Positions 60,172 through 64,000 of a stretch of 64,000 nt of DNA are shown here, one piece after another; position 1 is the stretch's first letter; each line of letters begins with the position of its first letter. Source of the stretch: an uncultured Spirochaetia bacterium (lineage in GTDB: Bacteria; Spirochaetota; Spirochaetia; CAKZLE01); contig CAKZLE010000035.1 of assembly GCA_937125225.1 (NCBI GenBank), forward strand, positions 76,705 to 140,704, given 5' to 3'. Both the position numbers and the translations under genes were made by a program. The notes under the pieces are model-generated. The model saw nothing but the letters and a program-made list of their open reading frames with translations. It was not told where the DNA came from and made no database searches.

Positions 60172-61263
60172 TCCAATCTCCAGGTAAGATATGTCTCAAT
60201 TAATGTATCAATTGCACCATCCATCACAGACTGTATATTCCCGATCTGATGTTGTGTACGATGATCCTTAACCATGGTATAGGGTTGAAAAACATATGAT
60301 CTGATTTGATTTCCCCAAGAAATATCTTTCTTTTCCATAGCGTGTTTAGACTGTTCCGCCTCTTTTTGTATTCTGTAGTACTCAAAGAGTCTAGAGGTCA
60401 ATACTTTCATAGCCATTGCTTTATTCTTATGCTGGGATCTCTCATTCTGACATTGCACGACTATACCGGTCTCTAGATGGGTGAGTCTCACTGCAGAATC
60501 TGTCTTATTGACATGCTGACCACCGGCACCTGATGCACGATAGGTATCAATCCTTATATCTTCAGGTTTGATATTGACATCAATAGTGTCATCGATCACC
60601 GGAGATACATATACTGATGAGAATGTTGTATGTCTTCTTTTGTTTGAATCAAAAGGAGAAATCCTGACAAGTCTATGCACTCCACTCTCACCTTTCAGAT
60701 ATCCGTAGGAATTCTTTCCATTGATCTGAATAGTGACAGATTTGATTCCTCCCTCTGATTCCTGAAGATCAAGGATCTGCGTCTTGAAATGACAGTTCTC
60801 AGCCCAGCGAGAATACATCCTAAGCAACATACTGACCCAATCACATGCCTCGGTACCACCTGCACCGGAATGGATCGTGAGAAAGGCGTTGTTCTTGTCA
60901 TAGATATCACTGAGCAATGATGCAATCTTTAGACTCTCATAGATTCTTTCATTCTTCTCAATCAAAGCAAACAGATCTTGTGCAGTATCCTCATCATACT
61001 CCTCTTCAAGAAGTTGGATATATTCATGAGACTCTTCTATCTGATTGAGGAGGTCTAACCAGGGGTCTAGTTCCTCTTTAATTTGTGAAATCTCGGAGAA
61101 GATCTTCTCAGCGGTCTCTTTATCGTTCCAAAAATCGGTTGCTAGAGTCTTCTTTTCCAATTGAGCCAATTTACCCTGTTTAGTATCCGGGTCAAAGTCG
61201 CCTCCATGTGGTCATTGTCTCTTGCTCAAGGGTCAGTAATCTCTGTTTATATTCAGGTATCAT
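60159..61263 (-). CDS. prfB: Peptide chain release factor 2, expressed through a programmed +1 ribosomal frameshift
   Basis: The ATG at 61263 (AGGAG RBS) opens a 23-codon frame, MIPEYKQRLLTLEQETMTTWRRL, ending at CTT TGA C (61197-61191) with an internal SD-like GGAGG 3 nt upstream. The +1 frame continues DPDTKQGKLAQLEKKTLATDFWNDKE... through the GGQ motif (YRASGAGGQHVN) and SPF (LVRISPFDS) to the stop at 60159. Confidence 0.9.
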
Positions 61264-61283
61264 CTATAGCTCCTAACTGATCA

Positions 61284-63194
61284 CTATTTCATCTTCTCGA
61301 TACGAATCGAAATGGTATTCTCCCAGAACTCTCCAGGTTTTATATCAAGGTCCCAGAACGGTAAAGTCCTAGTATACTGATAGATATCCTCTTCACCTAG
61401 TTGTGTGTGGATAGTCGTATTATAATTTTCTTTGATAACCGAATATCGCTTATCTGAAAAGAGTGAAACGATTGCTTTCTTATTAAGATCTTTAAACCTG
61501 AGAAGTTTAACGTTGTTCAGACGGGAATCGACACTAGACATCTCTCGTACTAGATTCAGGTCAAAAGATGCAATCTCTAACATGTCCTCAGAATCATAGG
61601 CGAATGAAAGATTCATCTCAGATCCAAATTTTGCTTCGATCTTTCTTTTAGAGTTGTTAAAGATTTTATAATCTAACTGTATCGTATTGGTATGACAAGT
61701 AAATTTCTTGATCAGATGTATGTCAGTATTCTTGAGAAAAGGGACCTTAACATTCGTAGAGAAGGTGATGTTCTTTTGATCCTTATCTAAACGATCCAGT
61801 TCGAAGACGGTATCTTCAAGGGAATAGATTCCTTTATCACTGTATTTATCATAAGTAGGACTCAAAGCCTGGTCACTGATGAATAGATCAGTAAAGCCTC
61901 TTTGACATGTACCCTTTGGGATCGATGGAATCGTCGAATGTACGATCTCCTCAGAATGTCCAACGAAGGTGTCTAGGTAGTTCCAAGAATTTACTAGATA
62001 ATCTAGTTCGATCATCGTTGCACCAACTTTGTCGAAAACGGAAGTAATATTCTTACCTCGGTATATATATTCCTCTTCCCCATCAAGATCAAGATCATAG
62101 GAAGTTATCGATGTTGAAAATACACCCTTCTCTCTTGAAAGCTTTTCAACCTCAATCATATGCTGGTAATTCTCTTTTCTCAAATAGTTCTGATAGACTC
62201 CACCATTTTGAGATATTGAAAAACCTCCAAATGATTCAGCTTTCAATAACTCTTTCGAGGCTATCTTTTTGAGCGATTTCTCTTTTTTTATCCCAGGGAT
62301 TAAACGTGAAACATACAAGAGTTTACCATACATATTTTTCATTTCAGGATATTTCAAAAACATCTGATTAAAATGCTTAATATCTTTTGGGAGGGTATCT
62401 TTGAACCATCCCATTGCCTGATACCCCTGTTTCCGGATGATTTCATTCTGCATATTCATCGGTAATACTGTTGTAATATCAAGTTCATTACAGATTTCCT
62501 GTAATCGCTTACTTAGCTCTACGATGGTATGAGGGTCGCCTATGATTGAATTCGATATGATGGTATTCACATCCAACATAATCGTAGCCATATTAGCATG
62601 AGGTTTCTTAAAAGTTGCAGAGAGCGCATGCTTAACATAGTCGTAATCTTTATTATTCAATGCAAAGGTCAAAGCTCGGTGAATGGGGTATACTTTGATC
62701 ATATTACCCATTTCTTGCATAGAAAAGGGTTTGAGATCGTTAGTCTGAGGTTCTAAATGCTGAATTAATGATGTTATACCACAGGTAGACAGTGACGCTA
62801 TTAATTGAGGGTTCCAAACCTGTTCCGTGATCCAGGCACTTCTTGCCCGGTATCCAAAACGTTTTCTGATATAGGTTGTAGTCATCTCAATCTGTTGAGT
62901 TCTGTCTTTTGCAGGAATTATCTGAAAGATAGGATCATAAAAACCACCGGATAGTAGTTCAAGTTGTTTACGTTTCACCATATCTGCTATGAGCATATTG
63001 ATCTCTGGATAGTTACTTTCTAACCATTCATAGATGATACCAGACAGATATAGTGAAATCTTCATTTCAGGATTAGCATACAAAAAAGTCAGAAGTGGCT
63101 TATAGCATGAGTAGAGACTGAATTCAAAATCTTCATTTCTTGTTCCCAAAGGTTTTTGATCCTGGAAACCTATAATTAACCTCTTCTGCCCCAT
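61284..63194 (-). CDS. Glycoside hydrolase family 57-like protein (divergent)
   Basis: The N-terminus is alignable to GH57 4-alpha-glucanotransferase/branching enzymes: ...GFQDQKPLG...YKPLLTFLYANPEMKISLYLSGIIYEWLESN...KRKQLELLSGGFYDPIF..., plus a WITEQVW block matching the nucleophile region. The region-I HxHQP motif is replaced by FQDQKP. Confidence 0.65.
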   Translation of the reverse strand: MGQKRLIIGFQDQKPLGTRNEDFEFSLYSCYKPLLTFLYANPEMKISLYLSGIIYEWLESNYPEINMLIADMVKRKQLELLSGGFYDPIFQIIPAKDRTQQIEMTTTYIRKRFGYRARSAWITEQVWNPQLIASLSTCGITSLIQHLEPQTNDLKPFSMQEMGNMIKVYPIHRALTFALNNKDYDYVKHALSATFKKPHANMATIMLDVNTIISNSIIGDPHTIVELSKRLQEICNELDITTVLPMNMQNEIIRKQGYQAMGWFKDTLPKDIKHFNQMFLKYPEMKNMYGKLLYVSRLIPGIKKEKSLKKIASKELLKAESFGGFSISQNGGVYQNYLRKENYQHMIEVEKLSREKGVFSTSITSYDLDLDGEEEYIYRGKNITSVFDKVGATMIELDYLVNSWNYLDTFVGHSEEIVHSTIPSIPKGTCQRGFTDLFISDQALSPTYDKYSDKGIYSLEDTVFELDRLDKDQKNITFSTNVKVPFLKNTDIHLIKKFTCHTNTIQLDYKIFNNSKRKIEAKFGSEMNLSFAYDSEDMLEIASFDLNLVREMSSVDSRLNNVKLLRFKDLNKKAIVSLFSDKRYSVIKENYNTTIHTQLGEEDIYQYTRTLPFWDLDIKPGEFWENTISIRIEKMK

Positions 63195-63220
63195 GTAGTT
63201 TATATAATCCTTTTTATTTT

Positions 63221-64000
63221 CTAATCAGCGATCCTTATACAAGATGTAGGACAAGCTTCGGCAGCTTTATCTCTTCCCTCAGGTTCGATAGTATAATCAA
63301 TCTCTGAGAGAAAGTTCTTGACCGTATAACCAGCTTCTGGAAACTTTCGTTCGCATATCTTACAACCGATACATCCGACTGTACAGGCTCTCTTAACTGC
63401 AGCACCTTTATCATTGGAATTACAGGCAATAAAGTAATCTGCATCATAAGGAATCATCTTCATGACTCCCGTAGGACAAACTGTAACACATTTTTCACAT
63501 CCTATGCAAACCTCTTTATCAACATTTATCCTGCCATCCTCACCCTTGGTAATTGCATCTACGGGACATACTGTTATACAGCTACCTAAGGCAAGACACC
63601 CATATTTACAACTCTTATCACCTTGAAAGAGAATCGCTGCAGCATTACAGTCGAGAATACCATCATAGGAAAAATCCTTCTTTGAGGTCTCATCATTTCC
63701 AAAACAATGGACTCTTGCTACCATCTTCACAGAATCTCCACCTGTTGCTTCAAGTCCCATGATCTCTGCGATAGCAACTTGAGTTGTTGCTCCTCCGGGA
63801 GCACATAGAGTGATATCAGCTGCAGCATTGACGATCGCATCTGCATAGGCAGCACAACCTGCAAAGCCACAGGCTCCACAGTTCGCACTCGGAAGAGCAT
63901 CTTCAACTGCTAATACACGTTCATCTTTCTTAATTGCAAGCTTCTTTGATGCAAAGGCAAGCCCGAACCCGAAAAGAGTACCTAATACTGATACTGTCAG
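63221..64000 (-). CDS. rnfB: Rnf electron-transport complex subunit B (RnfB), 5'-partial, continuing beyond the window end
   Basis: The frame is open from the window edge. It carries the RnfB N-terminal Fe-S motif ...PSANCGACGFAGCAAYADAI..., then two ferredoxin-like 4Fe-4S motifs (CIGCEKCVTVCP, CIGCKICERKFP) and further Cys clusters. The ORF-track Met at 63760 is internal. Confidence 0.7.
   Translation of the reverse strand: MTVSVLGTLFGFGLAFASKKLAIKKDERVLAVEDALPSANCGACGFAGCAAYADAIVNAAADITLCAPGGATTQVAIAEIMGLEATGGDSVKMVARVHCFGNDETSKKDFSYDGILDCNAAAILFQGDKSCKYGCLALGSCITVCPVDAITKGEDGRINVDKEVCIGCEKCVTVCPTGVMKMIPYDADYFIACNSNDKGAAVKRACTVGCIGCKICERKFPEAGYTVKNFLSEIDYTIEPEGRDKAAEACPTSCIRIAD

Noticed and set aside
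1-64000. Searched for CRISPR arrays, IS elements, integrases, phage genes or toxin-antitoxin/defence islands
   Set aside because: None found. The only direct repeats are the coding repeats in infB. No transposase- or integrase-like ORFs occur, and there are no direct repeats flanking any tRNA. The window is contiguous conserved core genome.

Overview
This window reads as a core chromosomal region of a low-GC (roughly mid-30s % by eye) diderm bacterium. The gene order and several gene architectures point to a spirochete; that assignment is an inference, not a database result. The evidence is a tamB-bamA pair, an ~890-aa GreA with a long N-terminal extension, and the nusA-infB-rbfA-truB-ribF-rpsO-pnp block. 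Almost everything is housekeeping.

On the + strand, in order:
- mutS2 3' end (Smr domain), tamB-like, bamA, mutS, comFC, rimP, nusA, infB, rbfA, truB, ribF, rpsO, pnp, dut
- two LptF/LptG-type permeases, tgt, murJ
- rpe, dtd, recA, scpA, scpB, rluB-like, cmk, rpsA
- a TPR membrane protein, a lipoprotein, mazG

On the - strand:
- long-form greA
- a fused B12/radical-SAM plus radical-SAM-linked protein, and a TPR protein
- RNase P RNA (rnpB), absent from the ORF track
- a coiled-coil/zinc-ribbon protein, rpoD, dnaG, a YkgJ-type protein
- a tRNA-Thr(UGU)/tRNA-Tyr(GUA) operon with a near-consensus promoter and an intrinsic terminator
- an AroH-class chorismate mutase and a putative thiamine pyrophosphokinase
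- RNase Z, a DEDDh exonuclease, a LolC/D/E-like ABC transporter, a secreted MORN-repeat protein, ftsY, a secreted hypothetical
- prfB, with its programmed +1 frameshift visible in the sequence
- a divergent GH57-family protein and the 3' part of rnfB running off the window

No CRISPR array, insertion sequence, integrase or prophage signature was seen. The observations most worth a second look are:
- the rnpB gene hidden under spurious ORFs
- the prfB recoding site
- a secreted protein whose textbook signal peptide has only an ATC (non-AUG) start codon and overlaps the prfB stop
- a 24-nt tandem-repeat (GGYNQNRT)n low-complexity tract inside infB
- a membrane protein with a degenerate GGDEF-like domain
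- a NusA carrying a C-terminal zinc ribbon
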